Below are positions 35,800-49,647 of a stretch of DNA of 64,000 nt, piece after piece. The translations under genes were made by a program, and so were the position numbers. Numbering within the stretch: the stretch's first letter is position 1; each line of letters begins with the position of its first letter. Under the pieces are notes generated by a model. The model searched no databases. It saw only the letters and a program-made list of their open reading frames with translations, and was not told the origin of the DNA. Source of the DNA: Octopus bimaculoides. Its lineage: Eukaryota. The stretch is from NCBI RefSeq assembly GCF_001194135.2, contig NC_068981.1, forward strand, positions 101,417,440 to 101,481,439, in the 5' to 3' direction.

Positions 35800-36140
35800 T
35801 GAGGTGTTCACACAAGAAGGAAGGTGAGGCTTTTTATGGGTGGTGTTCTTCAAAGTACAAAAATTGTAGATAATAAGAATAGTTAGTGAGAAGATCAGGC
35901 AATGACAGCTGCAACTATCTGGTCACTGCATGCACCACCATGAACTGGAAGTATCCAAATTAGTCTTGTGGAACTCACTTCATGGTGATGTAAGAAAAGG
36001 AAAACGTTATCACACATCAATAACTTGATTGCAGACACTGGCCTGGAATATATCTAGAACCTGGAAGCAGTGATGGTAGACCAAAAAGTGTGGTGGGTAA
36101 ACTTTGTTGCTGTGGCCTAGGTTGGACCCTGGCCATAATA
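35800..36140 (+). mobile_element. RTE-like LINE 3' end
   Basis: KIRQ*QLQLSGHCMHH..VSKLVLW..HG..KGKR..MVDQKVW, then a (TAA)n tail. Confidence 0.55.
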
Positions 36141-37437
36141 ATAAGAATAGTTATTGTTTAATCCTAGGTCAACTAGGATTGAGAAGACCTATGAGGAAAT
36201 GCATTACAGCTTTCACTACTCTGTCTTTTCCCTGTGCACTAAAAACCACAAGTTAATGTGTAAATGGAAGATGCAATTGCAAAAATTTATTTCATACTTC
36301 ATGGAGATTCTAAGTTATGAAATCCAACTGATGATGGATATATGCAAAGTAATTTGCATCAGATATGAAACTACAAGACATTGGATAAGTAGATTAACTA
36401 GAACTACTTTATCACAGTAAATATTCCACCCAACTACGTTTATTGAATACTTTATTTTATAGTGACACTTGCAGCTTATTACGTGCACACACACACACAT
36501 GTTGTTATTATTTTTGGTATTATTATTGTGTAAAACCTCCAAATATTAACTTACTAGGTAAACCACTATTATTGATCCCACGTCAGTTCATTTTTTTTTT
36601 TCAATGAAACTAGTGATGACATCTAAATGAGTTTAGTGTCAACAACACATTTATATCTTCAGATTAATCATTTAGAAGCTTTTATCATTTCTGACATAAA
36701 TAAAATACAGTTCATTTACTTGGAATAGATTTGCAGTAAATCTGTTGATTCACAGTGAAACTTTTATGAATCATTGGCTTGAAAGTGTTCAAGGTTGAAA
36801 AGTTTTTAACAGTCATGGGGACTTTGTTTAACACTTTAGCATTTAAACTGGCCCAAATATTGTACCTGTTTTATGTTCAAAATGGCCAGATGAGGTCTCT
36901 TACACCAACCCTACCATATCATTCTAAAAATTAAAAGTTACCTCATTGAAATCTCAAAGCTACAAACTAATACAAAACAATCTGAATAAATAAGCATTAC
37001 TTTTGATAGAATAACGGGTTGTAAAATAGTGGTGGCGGACAAACACAAATAAACACACAGATATGTACACAACAGGCTTCTTTCAATATCCGTCAACCAA
37101 ATCCACTCACAAGGATTTGGTCGGCCCTAGGCTACAGAACACACTATGTTTGAGTTGCCACTCAGTGAAACCGAACCCTAGACTACGTGGTTGGGAAGCA
37201 AGCTTCTTGGCGAAGGTAAAGAATACGTACACCCGGTGGTTAGGGTTTTTGTTACGCCGAAAACCGTATTCTTTACCTCCGCCAGCTTCTTTAGCACACA
37301 ACCATGCCTACGCCTAAAGAGACGTGGCAAAATATTTATGAACTTCATGAATGATTTGCATTACTAATTGCCAACACGGACCATCAGTAGTTTCTCCAGA
37401 TTCTATTGTTTATAAGAAGTTTATTAGTGACGTTTAG

Positions 37438-37706
37438 TGGAGGCGCAATGGCCCAGTGGTTAGGGCAGCGGACTCGCGGTTTCGATTCCCAGACCAGGCG
37501 TTGTGAGTGTTTATTGAGCGAAAACACCTAAAGCTCCACGAGGCTCCGGCAGGGGATGGTGGCAAACCCTGCTGTATTCTTTCACCACAACTTTCTCTCA
37601 CTCTTACTTCCTGTTTCTGTTGTACCTCTAATTTAAAGGGTCAGCCTTGTCACACTGAATCGGATCAACTGGAACCCTCGATGTCGTAAGCGACGGAGTG
37701 CCAATA
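37438..37706 (+). mobile_element. CpG-rich tRNA-derived SINE
   Basis: A-box TGGCCCAGTGG and B-box GTTTCGATTCC, then a non-tRNA body and tail ggatcaactggaaccctcg..gacggagtgcc. Confidence 0.7.
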
Positions 37707-37889
37707 ACAGTGACGTTTATTATTGTCGTTTAGCCCAAGATCAGCTCTGATAGGCAGATCTATGATAAAAAATATTCTAGTCGTGAACATCATAACTTTT
37801 TTCGCTGACATAGCGTATCTAGCATACCCTTCCCTTTTAAAGATGTTTGACATGAGGCAGATTTAGCTGTCATTTCCAGTAAGTTGAGT

Positions 37890-38345
37890 GCTCGCGTAGA
37901 GGAGTTTCTCTGTAACTACATTCTGGTCGAGATTTTTTTACGAAAGAAAATACCGGTACAACGTGTCGAACGCACTCAGACCCCACTGACTGCTCTTTTC
38001 CACGCTTCCATGAACATCTCCAGTGATTATTTAAGGTTTGTGTTCTCTAGCAACTGTTGCACAAATGTTCGACAAGGTCTGCCTTTCTTCTTTCACTATG
38101 TATTGGTTTTCATAGTAAGTTTGACGTTCATTTTCATCTGTCTTAGCTAACAGTGGTTCATGAAGTGAAGCCCGTGTTGTTTGACCGTTTCTCTTACAAA
38201 TGGTGTATTTTCATATATGCTGTTCAGTAAATATTGCTCCCATGAAACGTTCTTCATCTTCCTTATCTTGTATATTCCATTGAGCCTGCATTCTATTGCT
38301 CTTCGAAAGTGTCCAGCTTTCAGATCCATATAACGAATTTCTTTC
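37890..38345 (-). mobile_element. RTE-like LINE C-terminal fragment
   Basis: YGSESWTLSK, IRKMKNVSW and KKGRPCRTFVQQLLENT across frameshifts. Confidence 0.6.
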
Positions 38346-39395
38346 TACATCATATCTTTAAAAAACTACATTATAATACTATATGAAAGTATTTTATAAC
38401 ACTATTTACACCACGAATTTATTGCGCACATACTCATAAAACTAAATCACCAGGTGTTTTTTAGTAAAGAGATAACGTGAGCTGAGTCAGAAACAAAGTG
38501 GAAATTTGGCGGGACAACGAAAAGAGAACAATATGAGTGATAAGTGACGTGTTAGTGGGTGGAGTGAAAGAGAAAGCAAATACTTACAAACATAGAAGAT
38601 AGAGAGAGGAAGAAAGGATAGAATATAACAGCTGGGAGGAGGAGAAGGAGGAATAATGAGAAGAGGTGGGATAAAGGAACGGAGAGGCGTAATTAAGCTA
38701 AGACAGTATAGAGAAAAGAGAGTGTAAAAATGTATAGAGAGGGAAAGACACACACATACATAGATATATGGAGATAGAGAGATGATTGTTTGAAGCGTTA
38801 AGAGGGAAAAAGAGTAATAGATATAAGTCGAAGAACGGTGAAGAAATATAATAGGCCGAAGAGAAAAGAATAATGCGTGTGAAGTAGTTAGAAGAGAGTA
38901 AAATATAACGTGATTGGGTTAATAAATGGAGAAAGAGTAATAAATAAACGAGAAGGGAAGGAAGAGTGACAATATATATATATATATCAAACTATAGTGT
39001 GAGGGATATTGTAGTAGTAGGAGGAAATAAGTGTGAGGAGTCTATAGAATGAGAGTGTGACATACACATTATATACATATGCGTACGTACACATACACAT
39101 TTGGAGACAGACAGAAATAAAGTGGTGACAGTCGGAAAATCGGATGTCAGTGACATTTAAATGAAAACACTAGGCGTTCATGACCATCACATAGGAAGTA
39201 AACATTGATGTAGATAAATCAATACGTTTAACCAATCTTGTTCCTCATGGGTTGTCACTCTACGTTATTGTACAGTGTTTCTGTTTAGTTGTCTTACAAA
39301 TCTTTGTAGATCACGTTACTCAATCCGAACGGAGTTAAAAAGAATAACTAAAGCTAAGTGAGAAGCAAGCAAGTTACAACTTAAATTTTATCGAC

Positions 39396-39429
39396 ATGAA
39401 ATTTAAATACAAGGAGGAGAACACTTTAG
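39396..39429 (+). CDS. GABARAPL2: Probable first coding exon of an Atg8-family (GABARAPL2-like) gene, MKFKYKEENTL+G
   Basis: cgacATG..TTAG|GTATGT. The peptide resembles the Atg8 N-terminus MKF/WxY/FKEEHxL/F. The 34-nt phase-1 exon matches my recollection of the human GABARAPL2 first coding exon. Upstream acceptor tttgtAG ends at 39309. Downstream exons not found. Confidence 0.5.
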
Positions 39430-42400
39430 GTATGTTAATTCATTATTTTACTTCTATGTAACTTGACGTTCTGGCATGTGCGCTGAAATATGTAACACAC
39501 TCACATACATAACATGTAAGCCGCTCGTTCATTAATGAAGAATAATTCTTTCAGATTGTCATTTATGAAAATGATTGAAAATATTTTTTCGACAAACAGA
39601 AGTTTTAATGTATCATGTTTCCTGTTTAAAATATGGTTTGACAAGTCTCGCTTTTGCTTCGTTTGATATCGTTAATTATGATAAATAATTAGGACATTAA
39701 TGAAAATATTTAATAATAATAATAATTACTGAGATATGCAGCGCTTGAGTAATACATTTTGTAGAATCGATAAGATCTCAATGCTACGTTCTCCTCGAAA
39801 AATTCCTCTCCTCACTTATGTAAACGTTAGGATGTGACTATGTAATATTTCTTTCTCACATTTTGAATTGAACAGGTTTTTATCAAAAAACTAATGTTTC
39901 TAATATTTGTTCAACAATATTATTAAAATTGTAATAGTTCTATAATATTGTCTATAGCTATCTTTTTTTTTTTTCTTTCGATATTTTATGCTCAGACTGA
40001 CTTGTTTCGTGGAAATCGCAAGCAAGCAAAAGCATAGGGCTTGATGTCTTTCTTATAACTTTACATTCTTTTTACACAAGCACGGATTTGTAAGGTTTCA
40101 CTTTGACATCTTACCATATAGAAAATGGGAGTATTTAACAGTGTGATAATTCTTAGATGACCTATCAGAGAAACGAAACTCATTCCTCGAAAACCGTACG
40201 ATTTTTCTCTCTTTCATGTTCAGTTGTACCGCTTAACACGTGCCATGTGGATTTTCATGTTCTACTTTAGCACTGCTTCCATATGGAGTTATAGGCTGTC
40301 TTTCAGAAAAATTTATACTGACACAAACTTAATATATTAGTTAAATATGTGCATGTATATATTGCAGCTAATGTAATAATTGCTTTATCATAAAATTGCG
40401 ACAACATTCAGCTACGCGGTCAGATTTAGAGAAGAGAGAGGTGGAGTTCTTAGTCATAAGTATTGGTTTCAGCAGACATTGAATCAGACTGAAATGATAA
40501 CACATAATTATGTCCCTATATATTTCGTATACTGTCATTAAAACAATATTTAACTATCAGTAGTTAAGGCATGTCGTATATTTTTGGAGGGCTGGGGGTA
40601 CGAATACAGTAATTCGCGTGCTTGAACTGTTAATACTAATAAAGAGTAGAATTAATGTACGTAGAATGTTTTATTACTTCGTATATATAAAGTCTGATAA
40701 AAATCAGACGAGGAAATGACTTGTTCGGAATGTTTTCTATATTTTTTTTATAGTAATGTTTTAAAATTCAGATTCTATTTTAGCGTCGCCAAAAAATGTG
40801 CACTCATAAATGCAGGTTGTTTTATTTGTATGATAGCAATTTGTCCGTTTCTCTTTTTTGTCGAGCTTAAGGTTAACATTATTAGTTGTCTTCTTAGTGT
40901 TTACCGTTTACAAAATTAAATTAGAAAATTGGAGAAAACAGAACACAATTGAAAAAAATTAGAAAAAAAGAAAAAAGTTGCGTTTTGATTCATTGATACT
41001 TGTATATAGTTCGTTTATGTATCAGTGACACTCCTTATTCAATTTTTTTTCCATATTAAACCTGTTCAAATAATCCTTGGAAAATCTGGTGGCAAGACTT
41101 CCTTTTGTACCCCACCGCCAAAACACCCCCTTTTTTTTATCCAAACATTTGTTTATTTTTAATTGTAGTTAAAAAAATAAAACAGTTACACTCTTATGAA
41201 ACGCAAACATTTAATATTAAACGTAGTTTGTAATGAAATTTAAAAAAATGAAAGTATAAAATCTGAATAGTTATGTTTTTAATAAAAATAGTTATACGTT
41301 AAATAATTGATAAACCTTAGAAAGTTCAATGCTTTGTCAAGATATGTTTAGCTAAACTGACAACTTTTTACATAAAACAAAAGTTAAATTTTGAGTAATA
41401 AAAGTCAAATTATGAGAGCTGTGTTTTGAGTACTAACTTCGCTGGAGTCAGTTTTTTCCTGTCTATCCATCCAAGGTGCGGTGTCGGAAAAATGAAGATA
41501 CCGAACTGATTCAGTTAACTAACTTATCTTATTTTCCCGACAAAGTTAACTAATTGTTTAAGGACGATAAAAATGGAATTATTGAAAAACCTTCCCACAC
41601 ATTTTTTGTCACTCGTTATTTTTTGTCAGCTGTTGCTAATTTCCTTATTCGGTTAATGTTTCCCGCTATTTCATTTATTCTACCAGTCACATGGAATACT
41701 TGTTTGCCGCAAAGATTTGTGATCCGTCGTCATCATAATGGTTATTTTATATAACATATGCAGTATTTTTTTTTTTTCATTCATCTATTCTGATTCGATA
41801 AAAATTTAGTGTCTGTATTATTTATTATTGATTTAAAACAAACGTTCCTACTTCTGCAAAGATTGGATTTTTCCAGTCGAATTACTTCGAAAAGGATGTT
41901 GTATTTAGTTCCTATCCGTATTAAAATACGTATTTGTTGTAAACTTTCAAAGCCAGTCTCTTAATACTTTCTCTCTCTCCCTCTGAACTCTGCATCATTT
42001 CTGTTACGCACGCTTCGACTTCTATCCTGTTACACACTAATTGTAAACCTAGTAATTTACTATTAGCGTTTTTAATTTTCGGCTTTATCACACTCGCGTA
42101 CACTTACTTAGTTGGGACAGACTACTAATGTCTGACTAGAGCGTGGCAACATTCCGTCTCAATCTCTTCCTCTCTTGTAGTTCTTGTGTTTTGTGTCTAG
42201 TACGAAATTGTGGTAACTTTCTGGGGAGTAGATATATAAATTCATTTCTGTGTCTATTACTGGTATGTTAAATCTGTTTACGGCAATCATACTATTTGTA
42301 CAAATCTACTGAGTTGTTAATTGCTCAATTAATGACAGTGATTTAGTTACAGTGGTACAGCATATATTCTGTATAGTCCAACATTCACTTTTCTGGCCCA

Positions 42401-45186
42401 GAGTTTAAACTACCGAAATTTCAAATGAGCAATTAGAGAAATGAATCACGTATTAGCGCTTTACATTAAAATAAATAAATGAGCGGTGCATTTAGTACGC
42501 CACACTGTAGATCCGGTTTTGGCTGTTTTCATTGTCATGAATCCAAAATACATACTAAGGCTGCGAATTGACAGTAGTTAGTGTCGGATAGAACGACCTG
42601 CTGTATTCGTTCCAACTCTCTGTAGTTCAAATCCTGTCGAAGTTAACTTTGCCTTTCGCCCCTTCTAATTCGGTTCCTTTTCTCTGGAAAGAAGTCAAAC
42701 CTTGTTATATTGTGTTATATACTCATTTGGTCTGGGAGTTATGTTAAGGGTACATGTGTCTGTGGAATACCCAGCCACTTACACGTTCATTTCATGAATA
42801 GGAATTACAAACCGGAGACTCCACCTGACTATTCTCCGCATAACCACTGTCTGTCTACTCAGCAAAACCTAAAACTTGATCACAGTGCGAAGATCACTCC
42901 TGTCCAGCGCAAGCAAACAAATATAATCACAAAATAGCCACAGCAACATGTGTCTCCACAGGAGGTTCAAAAACAGTTTGCCAACCATTATAGATTCGAC
43001 GGAGTACTTAGGTGCACTCGCGGTCAAAAATTTCGAATTACAATTAGACAGCAACCCTGTTTTAAGTATGTATTAAAGATAAGAAGTAGGATAGGTAAGA
43101 AGTATTGCTACTTTCGGATTTGATGGGCGTGTAAATAGTTTTTAAATTGTATTATTCTGGGAAACTATGACTTCATTTTTTTAAAATTTGAGACCTGCTT
43201 TGCCCAATTTCAACTGTTGGTTTGGACACGAACCAGATTTAGTTTCAATGCTGAAGTGTTAATAATGTATTCATATTTGAAAGTGGTTGGTCATTTTGTG
43301 CTCCTTAAAACTGCATGACATGATGTTGAAGTGTTCTTTTTAAAGAATAAATTTCATTGTGAAAGTGGTAAATGTGTGCTACAAAGGAAAGGGTATTGAT
43401 TTGATAAGTTTATAATTTGGGGTTTGTGGCAGTGTTGGTCTAGCATAGTTCATGTTGAACATGATGTACTGCTTATAACTTATCTTTTCAAGTTTGCCCT
43501 CTGTGTATTGTGTACAATGATATTGGTGTGTTCAAGGTGATATCTAGAATTTTCGAATTTTTTAGTATAATACCGATATTATTGGGAGTGGCATACATAA
43601 TGAAGTGGTAATTATCATGTGATGCTGTTAAGTAGGGCAGAAGTGGATTTGTTTGGTTCAGTTGCTAGCTAGCATTATAGTTTTAAGTATGTCTATGAAG
43701 GGAATTGTTATGTTGCTGTTAAGGTTATTGTTGTTATGAATTTCTGTACAAAGTATAGGGTGGTGGAGTAAGTCATTGAGATGTGGGGTTACAAGCTGAA
43801 AGGCTCATAATTTGTAATTGATGCTGAGTTGTATCTGTAGTAGCCCGCCTCCATAACCTCCTGTTGTCTTAGCTATTGTGAAAAATCAGTCACCATTGTT
43901 AGCTGCAGGACTTATGATAAGTTATTTTGATAGCTTATGACTGAAAGATTAAGAAATTTGCCTCACAGTTCCCAGGCTCCAGGTTTCATCCTGCTGCATG
44001 GCACCTTGGTCAAGTCTTTTACTGTAGCCATGGGTTGACCAAAGCCTCATGAGTGAAATTGTGTAAGTGGAAACTTGTGGAAGCCTTTTGAATTGTACTT
44101 GTACTTGAAAGATCAAATCTTGACATGCTGATTCTTCCTAAGAATTATGTTAAGGCTACAAGTGTACATGTTCAGTCACTTATATTGTAATTCAGTTAGG
44201 TACTTCGGTACTCATTGTCAAAACTGGAGATCCATTTAGTGCTGATCTCAAATATTTCTACATTAAAAAAAAAAAAACAGTTCCTAATTTAGTTAGTGAT
44301 GAAACTTGACCATCACATTATTTTTATTGTCCTCTTATTGTTATCAAGATCTCTGGCTGTTGCTAATGTCTTCAGAAAGTATAAGCATATTATGCATGGA
44401 ACATACGTTATAGGGACACCACTGTCTTCATAATATGTGAGGCAGGAATGAGGGAGAAATTTTTCAAATTTGAATCATGTGTGATCTAAGGCCATATTAA
44501 AAAAAAGTTTATTAAATAATCAGAAAAATGTAGTTACATTTTTGTGAAAATACAATCATGACTATAATCTGACCTTTTAAAGACTATTAACCCCTTTAGC
44601 ATTTTAACTGGCCTTATCCAACCCAAATATGTTCAAAGCAGTCAGATCCTACCCTTACAATGTCATTTTAAAGAATAAGTCACATCATGAAAATCTCGAA
44701 GCTTGAATATAATGCATGGTTAATTCAAAACAATGTGAGTATAAATAAGCATTTGACAGAGTAGTCTGTATCCCTAAAGGTCAAACACTCTGTGTAGTGG
44801 GTGCAACAGTGTCAAATATTGGTTGCACTTTAAAATTGGCATGGTTATGCAGTTTACACATGGTACATATAAAACATTTGCATATGAGATCAAAAGGGAA
44901 TTTTTTTCCCATTGATGTATTCTTGTAATGATTTAAGAACAATATGATACTATGAAACCAAAAGTTTTTTTTTTTTTTTTTAATCAAAATCTGGAGTTCT
45001 TTTCCTGGAGGCTGCACTTAAGTGCTTCAAAGGCTGCCTACCGCCCATTCCTGCCCTAGTGGTTCCTATGAGTCACTATATCACATTTAGAAGATGGTTT
45101 ATATAGTATTGCTACTGTATAAACCATCTACTGTTTACTACAATGACAAAGATACCAGACATTGTCATTCTCTCTTCTATATTTAA

Positions 45187-45634
45187 CCCTTTAGCATTCA
45201 AATTACTCTATCAAATGTAATACTTATTTATTCACATTGTTTTGAATTAATCATGCATTATCTCATAGCATTGAGATTTTGATGATGTGCTTGTATATTT
45301 TTAAAATGACATTGTAGGGTAGATGAGAGAGGCCTGATCTGGCCAGTTTGAACATAAAACAAACTATATGGGTTGGATATGGCCTGTTTAAATGCTACAG
45401 GGTTATGGTTTAACCATATAGCGTTTAAATTGGCCATATCTGGCCCAGATATTCTACATGTTTTATATTCAAACTGGTGATATCTAGCCTCTCCCACCTA
45501 ATGTACATTGACATTTTAAAAAATAAACCATCACATCACTGAAACCTCAAAGCTAGAAGATAATGCATGATTAATTCAAAACAATATGAGTGAAAAAGTA
45601 TTACATTTAACAGAGTAATCCGAACACTAAAGGG
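45187..45634. repeat. Two TTAA-MITE copies forming a ~450-bp inverted repeat
   Basis: Copy 45187-45402 (+) and copy 45414-45634 (-), with an 11-bp spacer and outer TTAA sites. Confidence 0.85.
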
Positions 45635-47961
45635 TTAACCCATTGAAATAAGTGTAATAGTGTGATTTTTATTTTTCCTTTCACATCTGATTATTGCTTT
45701 TATTCCTTTAATAATTCAACAATGAAGTAGCACTGTTAAATGCTCTGGTTACTTGATCTGCAAAAAATAACAACCAAATCTGTTCTCAAATTGCCCTAGA
45801 CATGCACTGACTGGAGAAAATATAAGATGGTGATGTTTGGAATGCCTTTGACATAGGTCTATTTGATCAGGGCTGACTGAAACTAAACAACAAAAACAAA
45901 TGGTCTAGAACAGTTGGTTAGTGTGTAACCTTGTACCAGTTCAGCAAGCACCAACAGTTTCTGTCAATGTTGATTGAAAGAATCAAAAGCAAGTAGAAAA
46001 AACTGAGAAAAACTAATTATTTAATTATTTTTAAATAACATGGATCCATAGGGTTGGTACTTTATTTGTATAGCATAAAATAGATGATAGCTCCTATATA
46101 AGATAACTAGTCTATTTGCAAGTAGCTGCTCCCACTGGAGGAGTTGAGCTCAGTATTGTTAACCAGTAAAATTACTTTATTTCCATTAAAACGATAGTGT
46201 TGTTACTATTTAAGAGTGGTGAATTCTACTTCTCTGCAATACCTCTATGTAGAGCTTTGCAGGTTTGAGTGCTACATATTTGGGGCACAGGTGCTTAAAG
46301 TACAAAGCTTGCCTTGTACGTTAGTAGTATCTGTAACCTCTGCTTGAGAATAAGAGAGCTTCTCTCTCCTATTTTTTTGACTTGGGCTTTGAGTAAAATA
46401 ACAGTAAGGCTCTGTAACTTTACTGTGATGTTGGAATACCACTGAAGTCTTCCAACTTTGTTGTGATTTGGTTAGGTCAGATTAACAAAATTCCCAGCTG
46501 TTGTATGAATGTGGAATTAAGATGTTGTAACATTCATTCTTTACCTGTAATAAAGAAGTAATTGACATGGCTTCATTAAAGAACTGAAATTGAGTGGGAA
46601 GGGAGTAAGGTATTCAGTTTGTCTGAGAAGTTGTAGTTGTTCAACTTGCTAAAAGTGTCTGGCAAATCTCCCTCAAACCATACCTTATTGTCTTTTAAAA
46701 AGCATAGATTGGATAATGTAGTCTTAAATATATAAAAGGCAGGATGGTCAAGGCTGCAGTGCTTTTGATTATTGTCTGCTCTATCATATTTGACTTGGTA
46801 ATGATTGGCATCAATCACAATAAAATTCAAGCTACACTCAGTTGATTATACTTTATTCATAAACAACCAGTCTAACCTTGATAACTGATACATTAGGATA
46901 AAGCGTTCAGAGTTAGTTAACCAATAAGAAGAGTCTTTAATTTCTTTTATCTTGGTAATTATAACTGTAGAGGTGGGATGGTCCAGTGGATAAGTACTAC
47001 TTGCTCATAAAGCAGGAGTTCATTTGTATGTATTTAGTTCTTGGACAATAATCTTTCTTTAGGTTCCGAGACCATTTAGGAATGTTATCTATAAGTGTAG
47101 GTAGGCAACTTTTCTTTCAGAGTAGGCAACTTTTCTATCAGCCGTTTAATGCTGTAAAATCTTGTCAGCATTTTAGATCTTACATTATGGATGATAACTA
47201 CAGACTAAATACTCCAAACAAGTCTATATATTTGTATTTCTGTTGAGCAATGTATGCTGTTTTTTTAGCTCCAAATCGGCTGTGATTAAGCAAACCTATG
47301 ATGAAAAGCATTCCAGCTGTGATAATCCTAACTTACCAGATAATGTTATTCGTCTCTTTTCTTTTCTAAGGAAATTTGAAAGATTTGACTGCCACTTTTA
47401 GCAAGTAAGATGATGGCTCATTCTATTTGTTGATAGATTTGCATTGCTGTGTTCATTGTAACCTTTACTGCCAACTGCAGATGTTATAAGATGTTTCAGT
47501 TCACTTTTGTTCTATCCCTCTGAGATGCCATTAAAATTTAAACTTCTTGATCTTGGGTTTGTAGTATCACACACAAACCAGTCACAATTTGTCCTGTGAA
47601 TCTTAAAAAGACACAGGTGTGTTATACTATTACACTGCTGGCCATTATGTCGAACTTTGTGTCAAGGCAGTTAATACGCATCAGGATGCGATAAATAATA
47701 ATGCTTTAGACCTAGACTAGCTTTGAGTAAGCAGACTTCATGATCAGATGCATTCTAGTTGTGGCAAACCCTATTTTTTCCTTGAGTTTATCTAGGACTA
47801 CAGTATCCTAGTGTGTCCTTTCCATTTTAAGATGATAAAGTGTATGTTTCAGATGAGATTTGGCTATTTCTAGCAGGTTGACAAGCATTGTTGAGACCTT
47901 TCCATGGAAGGTTTATTTCTTCTATAAGCATAAAAATATATATATTTATGTACACTTAGAG

Positions 47962-48477
47962 TAGGGGTCACCATACTACGGCCTGCAGGCCAAATCTGGT
48001 CTACGAGGTCAATTCACCTGGTCTGCTGCTGCACTGTACCTTTTGTGTAAGGACCTGCAATGAGAGTTCATTTGCTTCTGGTATGGCATCAGTGTTTGGA
48101 ACAACTTATGTCTGTGAGCAAACATTTTCAGTAAGGAAGGATGTAAAGTCAGCACATTGAACGAGGTTGACTGATGAACATTAGAAAGCAATTCTCTCGG
48201 ATGCAGCAAGTCCAAAGCAAATATTGATGACATCTTGCTAAACACCAAATCCCACCAACCTTTTTTGCTGCTTAGTTTGTGAGATTCAGATGTGTGCATG
48301 CTGGGTGTGATATAACTATCTTATTGCTAACATTGCCTTTGATAACTTTTTAGTAAATAAATATGTTGGTTGTCTTTGTTTTGTGTATTCACTGTATTGT
48401 ATTGAACAAAATGGTTATGCGGCCCGCGCTCAACATTCAGTTATTTGACCCGCCATGAAAAAGTTTGGTGACCTCTG
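47962..48477 (+). mobile_element. Non-autonomous hAT (Charlie/SPIN-like) with a perfect 8-bp TSD
   Basis: TSD ACTTAGAG at 47954-61 and 48478-85; TIRs taggggtcacca / tggtgacctctg. C-terminal remnant SVFGTTYVCEQTFS..RLTDEH. Confidence 0.92.
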
Positions 48478-48942
48478 ACTTAGAGCAAGGGAATGAGAAC
48501 CTATCTTAAGAGTATTAGTGATCTAAATAATGAAATAACATTCTGTACACACCCAACTTGAAGCTTAACCTCTGTTTGAAGGTTGCTTACTAATCAATCT
48601 GAAGACTTAGTTACATCTACTCTCAGATGAGTGGTCACAATGTTGATTTTTTTTGTTTATTCCTTAGGCTCAAGGTTACATTTTGTAAGGAAACAGTGTA
48701 TTAATCAGTTAAATTAACCCAGATATATATTACTGGTACTTGTTACTTGTTTACAAAATATATGTTACATTTCTGATGGTAAGAGTGACACTAGTGTCTA
48801 ACTCAGTGTTGAGCAACTATTGGAAAGGTTTTTTGTTAGTGAAGTGTGAAAGTTTTGAATTTGTGCCAATGTTAAATATTTGACTTACACAAATGATACA
48901 CAACAAAAAGTTATATGATACACAAATATCCTTTGATTACTT

Positions 48943-48974
<32 letters not shown>

Positions 48975-49647
48975 AAACCATTGCTGTTGTTTAACATCCA
49001 CTTTTCAGTCAGCAAAATTCTATGCATAAGGTATTGGCCAATCCAAAGCTATGGCAGAAGACACTTGGCTTAAGTGCTGTGCAGTATGAGTGAACTCAGA
49101 ACTACACAGTTGTGATGCAAACTTCTTAACCCTATACTCATGCCTCTCTTGGTTTTGTTTTAGATTTATTTCCTTTCAATGTTAACAAATGTTAATATTT
49201 TCATACTTTAGTTGTTTAACTTTCAAATGTAATGCCTATTTATTTACATTGTTTAGAATTATTCATGCATTATCTTGTAACTTTGAGATTTTGAAAATGT
49301 GACTGTTTATTTTTAGAATGACATTGTAGGGTGGGATCTGGCTAGTTTGAACCTAAAAGAGGTAGAATATTTTGGCCAGATATGGTCTGTTAAATGCTAA
49401 AGAGTTAACCCCTGATCAACCAAGCCTATGAACAAATTAAATGTGACTCCCATTAAGCAGTGTGCTTTCAGGACAACATTATCTAATGTATCCTTCCTTT
49501 TGCCCTACTAGTGTTTACAGAGTTTATTCCTAAATTGCAGTGCCTGTTTACAGCCAGATGATTTGATGGCTACATTGAATTAAGTGAAATCTAATAAGCC
49601 TTCCTTGAAAAAGTGTTATTAAATGTTTGGGGGAAACTGCATAAAAT

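Noticed and set aside
37438-37500. tRNA gene
   Set aside because: Has A and B boxes but no full cloverleaf, and continues into a SINE body.
40169-40195. AG|AG AAA CGA (EKR) as Atg8 exon 2
   Set aside because: Weak acceptor; the sequence after EKR does not resemble AEG/ESxKIRxKYP.
42800-43065. Minus-strand mariner N-terminus (LDRSDLRTVIKF*VLL)
   Set aside because: Too short, and no TIR pair confirmed, so not called.
47371-47404. 34-nt exon-like unit with AG/GTAAGA
   Set aside because: Resembles a dispersed repeat (gatttggctgctatttctagc) seen several times in the window.
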